In this document: one piece after another, positions 25,501-38,727 of the stretch
Layout: the number at the start of each line of letters is the position of its first letter
Position numbering within the stretch: position 1 is the first letter of the stretch
Origin: Aplysia californica
Lineage: Eukaryota
Length of the DNA: 64,000 nt
Direction of reading: 5' to 3'
NCBI RefSeq assembly: GCF_000002075.1
Contig: NW_004797626.1
Span: 35,974-99,973, forward strand
The notes under the pieces: generated by a model
Told to the model about the DNA's origin: nothing
What the model saw: the letters and a program-made list of their open reading frames with translations, nothing else
Database searches by the model: none
Position numbers and translations under genes: made by a program

Positions 25501-26579
25501 TAAGGTTTAAAACCACTGAATTACATCTCAGTGTACTTATGATTGAAAAAGTGATGAGATGAGCAGTGAAATAGGAGGATGTAATTTTGAATCAGAAGAA
25601 AAATACAACCTACTTTAACTTAAACACAAGAAATTCGCCTTTCAGAAACAAATGCTTTGTAGATAAATTGACCTCTTCATATGCAGGACTACTTGAAAGA
25701 TAGTTCTGTCTCGCAGAAATGCTCCTTCTTTTATCCTGTGTTTAGAAACCTGAGCTATGTGTGTCAAACTACAACAGAGTGATTGGGCTATGAGGTGTTG
25801 ATGTCTTCCCATTTTATTGTATGACAGTGCTACTGTAAGCTGACAAATGCCCCAAAATGTTTATTTGTTAAATCAAATGCCTGATAAGTTACCCTTCTAG
25901 AGTGAAAAAATTCAAAATGAAACTGTGGCTACTTTTTTAATAAATTAGATTTTAAATTTCATCAGCTCTCATTTTTTCAATGGTGACCCTGACAATAACC
26001 TCTTTTTCTCAAAACTGCTGTGAATGAAAAAAGGCATTTTGTAAGCTTACAACAGAGTGGGCAATGTGTTCTGCTTTGATCTGTGTAAAAACTCAATGTT
26101 TTCCCATGATCTCTTTTCTCTGTGTTCATGGTATTATCTTTCTCTGTCCGTTTGTCTGTCTCTCTCATCTTTTCTTTTTATTTTCTTGCTTGTCTTCAAT
26201 GTTTTGTTACAGGCTCATTTGTGCTACTTCTAGAAATGAAATGTAAGTCCCGAACTATGAGTATGATAATAATATTATGTGTTGTCAGTCAAAAGCCATG
26301 TTCAAAAGTTTAATCAATGTACACCCTGCAGCTTTGTACGGATTATGTAGAGAGAGATATTCTCCTGAAAGAAAAGTTATGGAGACAATTAAGTAAAATA
26401 TATTTTTAGAGGCTTTCGTCTTTGGGCGCACACATATTTTTTCATTAGAATAATCAATCTAATGTTTGTTTAAAAAACAAATGAAAAAAAACCCAATTAT
26501 CTTTTATATGCTTATACCAGAGATTTGAGCCCAGTGCCTTGCTTTTCATTACAAGGTGTCACCTGTCATATAGATGTAA

Positions 26580-27015
26580 TGTCATGACACAGTGTTTTCA
26601 GGTTCTCGTCAATTTTGAGACATATGGAGTTGCTTGTACATCATCCTACCTAAAGCTTTTTCATTTGGCTTGCTTTTGATGAACAAATACTCCTCTAGAT
26701 AAAAATAGAGATATTTGTGGTTGATGAAGTTTGGGGTCACTCAGTGTCAGATGTAAAAATAGTGAGAAAAAGGCCACCAAAGTTTTGTGACTCCTAAAAG
26801 TTGACTGTCCCTGGAAACTGCAAATTTATCCTTTTTGTGCCTTTCATCAATGTTTTTGAACAAAATCCACAAAGGAAAGCGTTTAAAAAATTGATTTAAA
26901 AGGTGTTGAGCCAAAAAAAAGAAAATCAATAAAAATGGCCCTTTGATTGGAAAAATGCTAGTTTCTTAGATTTTATCATTTTGACGAGAACCAGAATTCA
27001 CCACAATGACACACA
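26580..27015. mobile_element. MITE family A copy 3
   Basis: Degenerate TIRs; internal aggtgttgagccaaaaaa motif. Confidence 0.75.
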
Positions 27016-27129
27016 CATATATTCTGCTTCCAAAACAAACTTCACGTGTTTACTCACAATATATAGTAGCAGTATTAAGATAATATCTTATCATCCCCAG
27101 AAAATGTCCTGGAGAGACAATAAAGTATT

Positions 27130-27260
27130 ATCTTACCTTACCTTACCTTAACTTACCTTATTTTATCTTATCTTATCTTATCTTATCTTATCTTATCTTA
27201 TCTTATCTTATCTTATCTTATTTTATCTTATCTTATCCTATCTTATCTTATCTTATCTTA
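27130..27260. repeat. (CTTAT)n pentanucleotide satellite
   Basis: Direct reading. Confidence 0.9.
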
Positions 27261-27289
27261 CACTTGATATACACACATACCATCCGCAC

Positions 27290-27520
27290 CTTCTCCTTCG
27301 ATCTCCTATACCTAGTCTGGCTGACCGTTGGGGCACCACCTCAAGTTTTGCAACCTGCTCCTCCCACCCCTCTTGGTTCTCAGCTTTCCGTAGTGTGATG
27401 TTCCAGTCACGTTCAGCCCTCTCTTTGATGTTGTCTTTCCTTCCTTTCCTCTGTTTGCCTCTTTCTCTTCCTCCTTGTGCTGTTCCTTGTAGGATAGTCT
27501 TGGCCTGTCCAAATGATCAC
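27290..27520 (-). mobile_element. RTE/BovB-like 3' stub
   Basis: The minus strand reads GQAKTILQGTAQGGRERGKQRKGRKDNIKE. Confidence 0.65.
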
Positions 27521-30013
27521 ACACACACCAAATCTTGTAAGCATGCATTCACACAAGCACACACATTATTTTGGAGCCCTTTATCAGAATGTCATCAGTG
27601 CTCCTTCTTTCCGATCAGATATTTATCCTTTTTGCCTGTCCTTCTTTTCTTTGTATGTTACTCTCTAGGTATACCTCTTATGACTTATTTGCGCTGCAAG
27701 TGCCACAAAATAGTATTAAAACAAAACTGAAAATCTCTCTCTGTGTACATTTTGTTTTTTAAAAAACATTCTCTCTGTGATCTGTCTTTTTCTTTCCTCC
27801 ATTTTTGAAAGGCAGTTTACAGGACAGGTGGAAAGTCTGGAGATGCAGAACTTCAACATTGGGGGCAGGATTTCCTTCTTGTGCTTAACAGGCTTCTCTT
27901 AGTTTATATCTGAATTTTTATGTTCACAACTGAAGATTGGAATGAATTTCCTGTAAATAAATGTATGCTTTTATTTCTCTGTGTAACAAGTATCCATTTT
28001 CCTGGTTCTTGTCATTTTTTATGTACTGTCAACCAGTGAGCTGAATACTTTTTTCTCTGAGCTGTTCATACTTTATACTGCTTGCTCTATGTTTATACTA
28101 TTTTGTCACTTTTGAAAAATCTCTCTGATTCTTGTTTGTACGGCATTTAATGTCCAGGGTTGTTTTATTTGTTTTCACCTCAGCCGTGTCATGCGAGTTT
28201 CAAATATGCCGCATTGTAATTTCTCTAATGGAAAGGTCCAAATACATTATGGAAAAGTAGTCTGAATGCATCAGTTTGTATTTCTTTGCAGCAGGCAGCT
28301 TTAATTCTATGTATGAATTTGTTACCTTTTATTTTTATTTTCCTACTTAAAGTTACGATTTCATCTCCATAGTTTTCCCTCCTTTTTCCCAGTTGTATTG
28401 TTTGTTCTGGTTGTGTCTAAGATCTGTACATATTGTAAGTAAGCTTTGCATCATGTAATAGTCATTATAATATAGTCCTTCTGAAGCCAAATGTTTGTTG
28501 TGATGCGCTTGCCTCTGCAACTTACATGTTTTGATTTTTGTGACTCCACTGAAGAGCATAATATTCAGATGGCAGCAACAGCAACACTCTATCAGGCTTA
28601 TGAATAATTAGTTAAAAGAATTTTTTTTATCGTGTGATGGTGGGAGATAATTAAAAGTAAGCTATTAGTAGCATACATTTTAGAATATATTATGTTGTGA
28701 CAAGACAATTTGAGCAGGTCTGGTGATTATTCCAGTGCTTAAGCTAGACTTAATGGGTTAAAATCTTTCATTTGTGTTCTCTAATTATAATTGTAAAAAA
28801 AATTCCTTTGACACTTCTCCTGCTTTTGATTCTGGATCGTAAAAGTAAAGTAAAAGTGCTGGATCCTTCTTTTAACATAATCAGTATGTCGAACATTAGG
28901 CAGGCTTTGTAGAAACGTCATAATAGCTTCTGAATGGTCAAAAGAAAAAGGGAAAAAATTAAGACGTATAAAACTAAGAAAGCTACTCATGTTCTGCCCT
29001 ATCTTTTTTTTTAAATGATTTTCTGGACATTTCAAAAATTAATTTACCTCAACGTATTGTTTCTTTGACTTGTGTTCATTTCTGCTTTTTTCTTTCAACC
29101 CCAGTGGAATGATTTCCTATTAATTCATCTACTTTTCTGTGCCTGCTTGAACGTGTCTCCCACAAGTATGTACATAACTCTTAGCACAGTGAACACAGGA
29201 AGGTGGGGCCAATAACTGGATTTGCAGTCCTACTTTTCTTGTCTTTACATTTTTTCCTTTATTTTTTTCACTTTGCCAATCCAGTGACTATCGGAGTTCG
29301 AGCCATTCATTCTATTAGTCCTTCAAGATAATAAAGATAATAGAGATTGTTAAGCACATGGAGCTTGCTGCTGAGTGGTGATAAGCACTGTGCAAATGCT
29401 ATTTATTATTATTATTATTATTTCTCATCTTTAAAGTTGTTGCCTTGTTTTCGCGATGATTATTACATTCTTTCTGTCATAGAATTTAAAATTTGCTGAG
29501 GATTTTTTTTCAGATTATGGTTAATTATAATAATTGTTAATTATTTTAGAGATTTTTCAGTCAAATCAGTGCATATTTTTAAAGCACATTTAGTGATCTC
29601 TCTTTTTGTAGACTGAAAACTATGCAATTTTTGCATGACCTCAGATGAGTGCCAATTCATACATTACACATGTTTAACTCAAATCAATTATATATTTTAG
29701 TACCTCTACGAAGTTACCCTCTACGCTACCATCTATGGTTTAACTGTGGGCTCTTTGGCATTGTGAGTAAAAGACATGAACTCATTTCTCATTGAGGAAA
29801 AGTCTTGAATCTAGTCACTTTTTTGTATTTTTGCTAGAATCTTTTTGGGCTTTCCTCTCTAGTGATCCTGACAGGCAAGTTGGAGAAGCATGAGTTGTAA
29901 ATTATTTAAATTGTGTCAATATGGGTGAAAAATATTTACTATCAAAATCACAGTTATCTTTGTAAGTCGTGCTGATCAGTAGGCTAATGATTTTCCAAAG
30001 TGAAATAAATAGC

Positions 30014-30271
30014 AGTAAAGTAAAGTTATTCCCGCATCCGATCTGGACATTGGGGATTGCCTTGTTCGTGAGATAACTTCCTGGGCCTTTGGCAGATTGT
30101 GATAGGATGGCCAGTTCGTTTCCACGCCGCCTTTACTTCCCCAACTCGAAGTCAGGTACCCATTACTGCCGGGTGGGCAGGAGGGGGCGAAAAAAATCAG
30201 TGTCTCAATCGAGGCTCGAACCTGGACTTTCTGCTTCAGAGACGAGTGCACTAACACCGCTCCACCACCGC
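30014..30271 (-). mobile_element. tRNA-derived SINE with a (CTTTA)n tail
   Basis: A box GGTGGAGCGG, B box GGTTCGAGCC, core ccacccggcagtaatgggtacctg. Confidence 0.75.
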
Positions 30272-31048
30272 ACTCAAATAGCTGTAATTCCAGACATACC
30301 CTTAGCTCAGGTGGTATCATAAGGGACTACAAAATGCGTGGCCCTGCTTTGAATATTTTAAACTTGGTTTATTTTGGAGAGTTCCTGTAGCTCTCCAACC
30401 ATTTTAGCTTGATTCTATCATATATGGACGTTAAGTGCAAAGATCCTGCTTCTTCAATAACCCTGCTGTGTTGAAATGGGACTTAACATACTAATGAAAT
30501 GTAATACAATTTTGCAGTCGATCAGGTCATCAAAATACAGAGCTGGTCTCATTCTGGTGGATAAGTATTATTAAGGACACAAGAATGTATTTATTATCAG
30601 CAAGCTGCTCAAATATACTACACCCGGAAAGTAACATTTTTCAAGAGAGGGGAAAAAACGGTTACATTTTCTTTACAATTGTACCAACATAATGTTGGGG
30701 GCTTTTTTTTTCAACATTTAGAATTTGAATTTCGACAAAATGTTTCTGGACCACATGCAACCAATACCACAGATTAAAAAACTGCAACTTGTAAAATTCA
30801 AAATTTGGGGGTTTAAAACATCTGAACCTGGCCATTGTTACACCCTATTAGATATACATCTATGTCTATCTTCATTCTTATGTTACACCATATTGTCAGA
30901 TTTGTGTCTGTCTTCATTTTTTACCTCAATACCATTATTTTTCTTTCTTTATTTACATTTTCCTTTTCTAAGGGGACTGCAGAAGCAAGTCATGTTGGGA
31001 CCACTCTGACCTGTGTATCACTTCTTAGCTTCAAAATTTTTACAGAGA

Positions 31049-31054
31049 AATAAA
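31049..31054 (+). terminator. Candidate distal polyadenylation signal for SLC1A
   Basis: AATAAA followed by a T/GT-rich tract; several more proximal AATAAA hexamers also exist. Confidence 0.3.
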
Positions 31055-31580
31055 CTTTATTTTATAAAATGCATGCAAAGTGTTATTTTCCCTTTTTTCT
31101 TCATCTCTGGTGTGTTTAAAAAGGTTATTGTCAAGGCACTTGCTAAATCAAAAACTTATTTTGCTCTTCCTTATCTGAAGACACTGGCATCTGTGGTGTG
31201 GGGGGGTAGGAACTTCGCCATCGCACGCACAAGACCAGAATTCGATTCCGTTTTGGGCAGAATTTTTTTTTAGTATCTGAGTCTGTTTGCCTCTATTTTG
31301 AATCACTATCAGACCGGGTTAGTCCTGATGGGTAGGGTAGAAGCCCTCCTCCACAATGATCTACATAGTGTTCATTTGGACGTAGTAATATTTACATAAC
31401 TTATTAAAACTCTTTCTGTGCCTTAACCCAGTACATCATTGTCTCTCTTAAACTTAAACAGCTTTGGACTATGTGTGGATCTTCCTGGTATAGAAAGAGT
31501 TGGGAAAATAAATCTGAGGAGACCAATGTCACGTTACACTCATGAACACTTGGAAACAAAAGGATGCAGAAATTTCCGAA

Positions 31581-31586
31581 TTTATT
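31581..31586 (-). terminator. Candidate polyadenylation signal of the VWA/EGF gene (an alternative lies at 31783-31788)
   Basis: AATAAA on the minus strand about 420 nt downstream of the stop codon. Confidence 0.4.
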
Positions 31587-32008
31587 AAATTTTCCTCCGA
31601 CCTGACCACCGAGACCAGGTTATTTATCTATAAGAGCACTTTGCCCCAGCAGACTGACCCGTGATATTAAATTTTGAATAATATAATTATTTTTGTTTTC
31701 AAAACAACCACAATAAGCACAGAAACAGAAAACCCGACAAAGCAATAAAGGGAAGATTCAGTTTCATGTCATTAATGCTATGTTTATTTCTGACTTAAAT
31801 ATAGACCACACGTCCATCAATACTTGAGCATGTTGCCCTCCTCGGCCAGTGAGAGAATATTTTACAACACCAGCACAGATCTATCTCAGCTCCACAGAAG
31901 CACAACTATATCATTCTTTATCTTTCATCAAATTCTTCTGTACTGTAATGATGAACCGTGAGATGAAGGCCTTTATGCGTGTCCTCATTCAACGGACACG
32001 AGGTGAGG

Positions 32009-32129
32009 TCAGTTCTGAGGACAGTAGGGGACCAGGCTGGAGCATCTCTCGGAGCCGGTCTTGCCTACAATCTGTGAGCTGGTTTGGCCTGGGTGCAGAG
32101 CAATCTCCAGCTGTCCATTTACGCATTGT
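32009..32129 (-). CDS. Terminal coding exon (rest of the Cys-rich module, stop codon)
   Basis: QCVNGQLEIALHPGQTSSQIVGKTGSERCSSLVPYCPQN*; polypyrimidine acceptor tctctgtccctcccAG; the phase closes correctly. Confidence 0.7.
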
Positions 32130-35100
32130 CTGGGAGGGACAGAGAGAAAACACGTTGTTATGTATTGGCTTTTTACTTAAAGGACATAATATACAGAACA
32201 ACAATTAATGATATTATGCTTTTACTCTTTCAAGTCGCAAGCTTAGTCCCTGCTTTGTCACAACAAGTTTAGTTTGATAGTATATGTAATTATTAGCATT
32301 TTCATGATAAAAAGATAAGTTTCGAGCTACAAGTATGAATCACCCACCAAAATATACAGAAAAGTATAAAGATTTGATATACTATGAGGATACAGCATGC
32401 TGCACTGCAGGAAAGCAGGTATTTATTTATGATGAATATGGAAACAACCCAAAAAAACAAAATAAACCAATACATGCATTGCAGCGCAGCACTTCTCTCA
32501 ATTGTAACACCTCAAATCATCGGCACTTATATTAATTTTATGACCTGAATGTGTTACGAGTGCCGTAAAACACTTGTTAAAACTAAAACAGCACAATAAG
32601 ATAATCTTACCCGATTTCGGTGTGTCCGTTGTAGCAGTTGTAGAAGTATCCGTAGCCACACATTGGGGCACAGGCGGGGTAGTCACCGTTGGGCTTGTCA
32701 CTGCACACGTCCAGACCACTCAGACAAGTCACTGAAGATAGGAGGAGACGTCAAGTTTTCATTAGGTAATAATGATCATTATGATACTATAATGATAATA
32801 ATGATGAATAAAAATGATGATGATAACAATCATCNNNNNNNNNNNNNNNNNNNNNNNNNNNNNNNNNNNNNNNNNNNNNNNNNNNNNNNNNNNNNNNNNN
32901 NNNNNNNNNNNNNNNNNNNNNNNNNNNNNNNNNNNNNNNNNNNNNNNNNNNNNNNNNNNNNNNNNNNNNNNNNNNNNNNNNNNNNNNNNNNNNNNNNNNN
33001 NNNNNNNTGAAGATAAACAATGCATCAGCAGAAGACAGTGTTTTAGGCGTATATACTAAAGCTCCACTTTTTAACAAGGTAAGTAGGCCTAAGGTTACTC
33101 AAGAACCAGCATGTTATCATTCTGGAATTGAATCCAATACCAGCGAGCCATAAAAACTACTTTTAAAAAAAAACATAATTTCTCAGGGATTAGTCCAAGA
33201 GCCATCATATAGTGAGTCTGGATTCTCAACCACGACAAGGTGTTGGTTTGGGTTGAGACAATTCATTAATTTGTAAAAAGAACCCGACAAGGCAGGCCTA
33301 CAAAACAAAGCACCCAAGATCAAAGGCATGAGAGCACCTGAAAGATACCAAACGGGCTTAGATGCAGAACCCAAAGACTAACCCCCCCTCCCCCCCTTTT
33401 TTTGTGTTGCTCTGATCTTCTTATCTGTTGATATCCTCAATGTCTGAGTTCGATGTCCAAATCCTTAACTTTCATCACCCCATCTTTAAATAAGCTCTTT
33501 TGTTTTAGTAAATATTTTACGGCACTTGCAAAGCAATTAGGCCATGCAAGTACTGAATATTAGATGTATTACTGGAAAATTACATACTAAGAAAAAAAGG
33601 AGGAGAGATGGACGATAGACGTTTAATAGGATAAAGGAGAAAAACCACATAAGAACTTTATAAAGCCTTGTGGTGACAGCAAGCTGTTTATCAATATACC
33701 TTATGCAAAATAGAACCAATTCGTTATTACCTTAATATTTTTAAAACATTAAATTTAGGAACACACAACAATCACAGGTGACCAGCTAATATGCGCTTAA
33801 ATGTACTTACAAGCCACGCAGGTTTTGGTGTTCTGGTCAAAGTACTGGTATTCCAGACATTCACAGAGGTTCTCAGTGCCGTCTTTAAGACAATGGAGGT
33901 TAGAGGCGCACTGATCGGTACAGCCCTCAAGATATCCAGGAACTAAAGTAAAAAAAAAAAAAAAAGAAAGAAAGAATAGATGCGATAAAAGTTCTATCGA
34001 TTCTATCGAGGAAAAAAACCTACAGAGTTGTGACCAAAACATCTTGTTTAATGTGGTTCTTGAAACAATGTGNNNNNNNNNNNNNNNNNNNNNNNNNNNN
34101 NNNNNNNNNNNNNNNNNNNNNNNNNNNNNNNNNNNNNNNNNNNNNNNNNNNNNNNNNNNNNNNNNNNNNNNNNNNNNNNNNNNNNNNNNNNNNNNNNNNN
34201 NNNNNNNNNNNNNNNNNNNNNNNNNNNNNNNNNNNNNNNNNNNNATATCGACCTCATTATTTAATTAATTCTCTGAAGTGCTGCACCAATTTATGTATTT
34301 GCCGAGTCACATGTTATAATGTGAGGATGTATGGGCCAAAAGGCCTTTAAAATCAATTTTAAAGATCATCTTTAAAAAATGGCTTTACTCAAGCAAAGAA
34401 AACAAACAAACCATCTTCAGCAGCCTTGCATGCGGTGGCAGACACTTCCTTTTCGATGGCATCAAGTACGTCAAAGTTGGTGGCACTGAAGACCAAGTCA
34501 TCGCTGGAGGCAATCACCTTGAGCTCGTCCTGGCTGATGCCTGCTCCGACACCCACACTGACAACCTTGACCCCAGCTCCGTGCAGCAGAGGGGCTTCCG
34601 CCTGGGTCGCAGATGCTGCGAGGGAAGACATTTCGGAGAAACTTTGGTGAACGGCGTATAAAACTGAGGTTTTATACTCAGATTACTCGGTGCGAGGGGT
34701 GGGGGGGTGTGCGGGGAGTCGCGAGGGGTAAAGCCTAAATGAGCATGGGCTGAATCAAGTATTTCTCTTAGCATCGTTCAAGTATTTAAAAACACAGCTC
34801 TGAAATTGCGTTTGTAGCCTGTAAATTAACAACCCCAAAAGTTTTCCAGGGGCATGAACAACCATGTATAGTAATTCATTCATGATTTCTTTTAAAATAT
34901 AAAAGATGAACATATAAACTGTTTCAAAATTATGGATTCTAGTTTGAAAAAAATTATCCTACGCCGACAATGTACTTAGAAGTTATGTTAATTATTTTCT
35001 TTGCCATTAGATATATATAGCTCAAGCAATTGTGAGTGGTTGGCAGGTGCTCGGATTTGGTTTGCTCCTTCTCACTCTTCTAACATCTTTCGTCCTTATA

Positions 35101-38100
35101 TCTCCTCCTCCTTATAATTTTATTTGTATGTTACTGTCTGGTAACACCTCTAACCACTGACCTTTAGCATTTACTCGACCTATTTGTGTTGCAAGTACCG
35201 CAAAACTCTAAGTAAAATAATTAAATCGCTACCTCGGAGTTAAAAAAGTTCTATCTGACTTTTCTGGCTGTTTTAGCTATTCAGACCTTGAGGTCAGAAA
35301 CCAAATGTTCTATCTGCTCTATCTAAATCGTTAGATCATTCAGAGTCGCTATCAAGATGTTCAAAGAGCTGCATTCGGGAAAGCTTGCCATGTTGTGAAA
35401 CTGAAAACGTATAACTTCAAACTTCTCAAAACTAGGTACTGAGCTGAATGCACTTTGTAATTCCAGGGTAGCGAAATTACTCCAAAAAGCCTTGGGATCA
35501 GTACTCACGGAAAGTGGATTGTCCGTCTGTGATGACCACGGTAACCTGGGCAGCGTTGTCCCTGGCTCCACATTTCGAGTTGTAGTATTCTGTTCTTGCT
35601 GCTTTGAGAGCTTGGTGGGTCATGGTCACACCCTTCGGGTATGGGGTGTTGATGATGTCCTGAAAAAGAGAGGCACAGACAGATATAGTTTAGTTTTTAG
35701 AAGTTTTACGGCACCTGCAACACAATAGGGTCATATACAAGTGGTGAAAATTAGAGGTGTTACAAGAGAGTAACAAACACCGAAAAAAGATGGAGGGATT
35801 AGGACTTGATAAGAAAGAAGCAGCAAACCAGAGCACCCGTCAGCCACCCACAACCCCGTAGTTCTGCTATTGCCAGGACATTCAACCTCAACAGGAAAGT
35901 CCTAGCAACAGCAGAACTGCGAGGAGCATGCCAATGGTTTGATTTCTCTGATGTCGAGTTAACTTCTTGGGTGACATCGATCAAATTGTATTGTGGCTTT
36001 TAATAAACAAAGACCTAACTATACTTCTTAAAAACAAAGAATTAAAAAAAATTGTAACGTGGTTGAAAAAAAAAAGCGGATTTTCTGTTTCTTGACTTGG
36101 GTGCTGTTTAAAATCTCGGAGGTCCGGAGTGCAAGTTGCACTCAGTAAAGATCCTTTGGTGGTCCTAAAATCGATAAGATTAGGCTGCTGCCGCAACCCA
36201 AGCAGAATTAAACATTTCTACCAAACTGGAAATGTTTAGTGTTTCTCGCACACTCATTTGACCTTATGCAATTGCGAGCTTCGTAAAACACTAAAACAAT
36301 ACAAAACAAAAAACCCAGCCTTCTCCCTAGAGACAGGGGTGTTTCTCACAAGAGACTGGGGTGTCTATTTAACTCATCGAGGACATGCATTCTTGTCATT
36401 CAACAACACTATAAGATGCTCTGTTTTGGGGCTTAACTTCATTCTTCAAACAGATTTTCCGATTCTGAATTCTTTATCTGAAATATTAAAAGGCATGCAA
36501 CAAGAAGCATATTTTTAAATATTTACAAACGTGTGTTTCTGATGTGTGTATGATGGTTCGAAATGTTTCGAAACATTGCCTTTGTCAGCTGCTGATTGAA
36601 CATACGTGTCCGCTGCGTCTCAAAGTGTTTTAAAATGAAAGGGAAGAATACGTGAGAAGAATGTCGTACTCACATTAATAACTTCTTGACTGGTGTTGTA
36701 CTTGTTAAAGCAGAACCGATGGTTGACTTGGGTTGAGAATGTGAGAGCAGCCACCCGAGTATTTTGAGGACCGATACTGAAACTTCCTGTGAAATGCAGA
36801 TAATATAAACAAATTGATACACTCCACGAAAATATAGTGGGAAAATGATTGTTTATGCATTGTGCCAGAAGTTCGAGGTCACAGATATGAAAGGGGAATA
36901 GTTTTGGAAAGTTAAACAGTCGAAAGGAAATCACACAGTGCATTCAGATTTATATCCTTACTGAAAAAGATGATTGTTGCTTTTAAGTTACTTCTAAGCA
37001 CAGTGTTGGTGCAAGGCACGCGTTTTAAAGACATCGGTGAAACTGAACTACGAAGAAGAAAAGATGTCAACTCGCGAATCCCCTTTGGCAGATGGACAAC
37101 AAACTTACCAAGGAGCTTCTGAACAAAGGCCAACTCTTTCTTGAAATTGATTTCTCCAAGACTACCAGAGCAGTCAATGACAAACAGCAGATCGAGTGGA
37201 ACCCTGCAAGGCGCACCTGGTGACAGATAAATCCAAGAAATAATAAGCTGCATTAGATCTTCANNNNNNNNNNNNNNNNNNNNNNNNNNNNNNNNNNNNN
37301 NNNNNNNNNNNNNNNNNNNNNNNNNNNNNNNNNNNNNNNNNNNNNNNNNNNNNNNNNNNNNNNNNNNNNNNNNNNNNNNNNNNNNNNNNNNNNNNNNNNN
37401 NNNNNNNNNNNNNNNNNNNNNNNNNNNNNNNNNNNNNNNNNNNNNNNNNNNNNNNNATTTCCCTGATATAAAGCAATTTCTGCAATATACTTTTATTTGG
37501 TCTTTTCTCAAATCTTCAGAACTACAATGACAGAAACGGACCTATCGGAGATAGACCATAAATTCGAAAGTCTTGCTTATCAAATGTTTAACTGCATTGA
37601 TAGGGGCGGTTAACCCATACACTTACTCCTACAAGTTACATAAAACTGTTCCAACAATTATTCATCCACGTCAAGATGCATTGAATAAATCATATTCATC
37701 TTAAAGCAAGTCAAAATTCAGTTTACATAATTATATTCTTTTTTTTTTAAGCCAATATTCTTTGGAGAAAATTATATTCACCATATTATTATTAGGCAGC
37801 ATTCATCACCGAACAAGTTAAAGATCTTTTATAGTAACATTTTGAGACCAGACACATTAAATATTGTACTTACGCAGGACGCAAGCTTTCTTTTCAGAAT
37901 CCCACTGCAGTTCACCGGAACACTGGCAAGTGTGTGCCTGGCAGGCCAGATTAGAAGCGCAAAGGCCTCCACATTTCTCCTTATAGCTTGGTACTGCAAA
38001 AAGAATCGAATGAAAGTTGAGATAAATGTAAAAGTATACATTTTACACCCTCATTGCTATTGTTAAGTCTATTTAGAAGGCGGGTGTCTTCGAACTCTTC

Positions 38101-38644
38101 TGTCAGAGCTAACTGGGGCTGAGAAGGAAGAATACAGCATCCCAACAGAAAGACGGAGATACTCGATAGAAATATTATCCTGACACGAGAATCGAACCCT
38201 TGACTCCTGCGTGCGATGGCGAAGCATCTAACCACTACGCCATCACAGATGCTGGTAAAAACGTGAATGTAATTATTGAAGTATTTGGGGTTTTTTTTAA
38301 ATCAAGGTTCTCAAGCGATGAGCCTCACGTCACTAATACCTATCTGGCCTGTGACCTTTGGACGCGTGCTGAAACAATAGTTCAAGCAACAGGTTGTATT
38401 GGCTTATAATACGGGGTACCCACTACGGATGAGATCGGCCGATCGGGCCGATCTCCGGACTCGATCGCCTGAAGAACAAACGTGTTTGTTTTCAGTTCCA
38501 GGCGGTCGAGTCGGGCGATCGGCCCGATCCAGCTGTAGTGGGCACCCCGTATTTACATTTTACCAATAGCAAGGAATTTCCTGACCTGACCTGAAAACAA
38601 TACTCAAACATAACACATGTGTATATGATGACGATGGTGATGAC

Positions 38645-38727
<83 letters not shown>

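Noticed and set aside
38170-38253. tRNA gene (also at 18330-18405, 30200-30271 and 31186-31260)
   Set aside because: A and B boxes are present but no complete cloverleaf or acceptor stem is evident, and they continue into SINE-type bodies or occur as dispersed copies.
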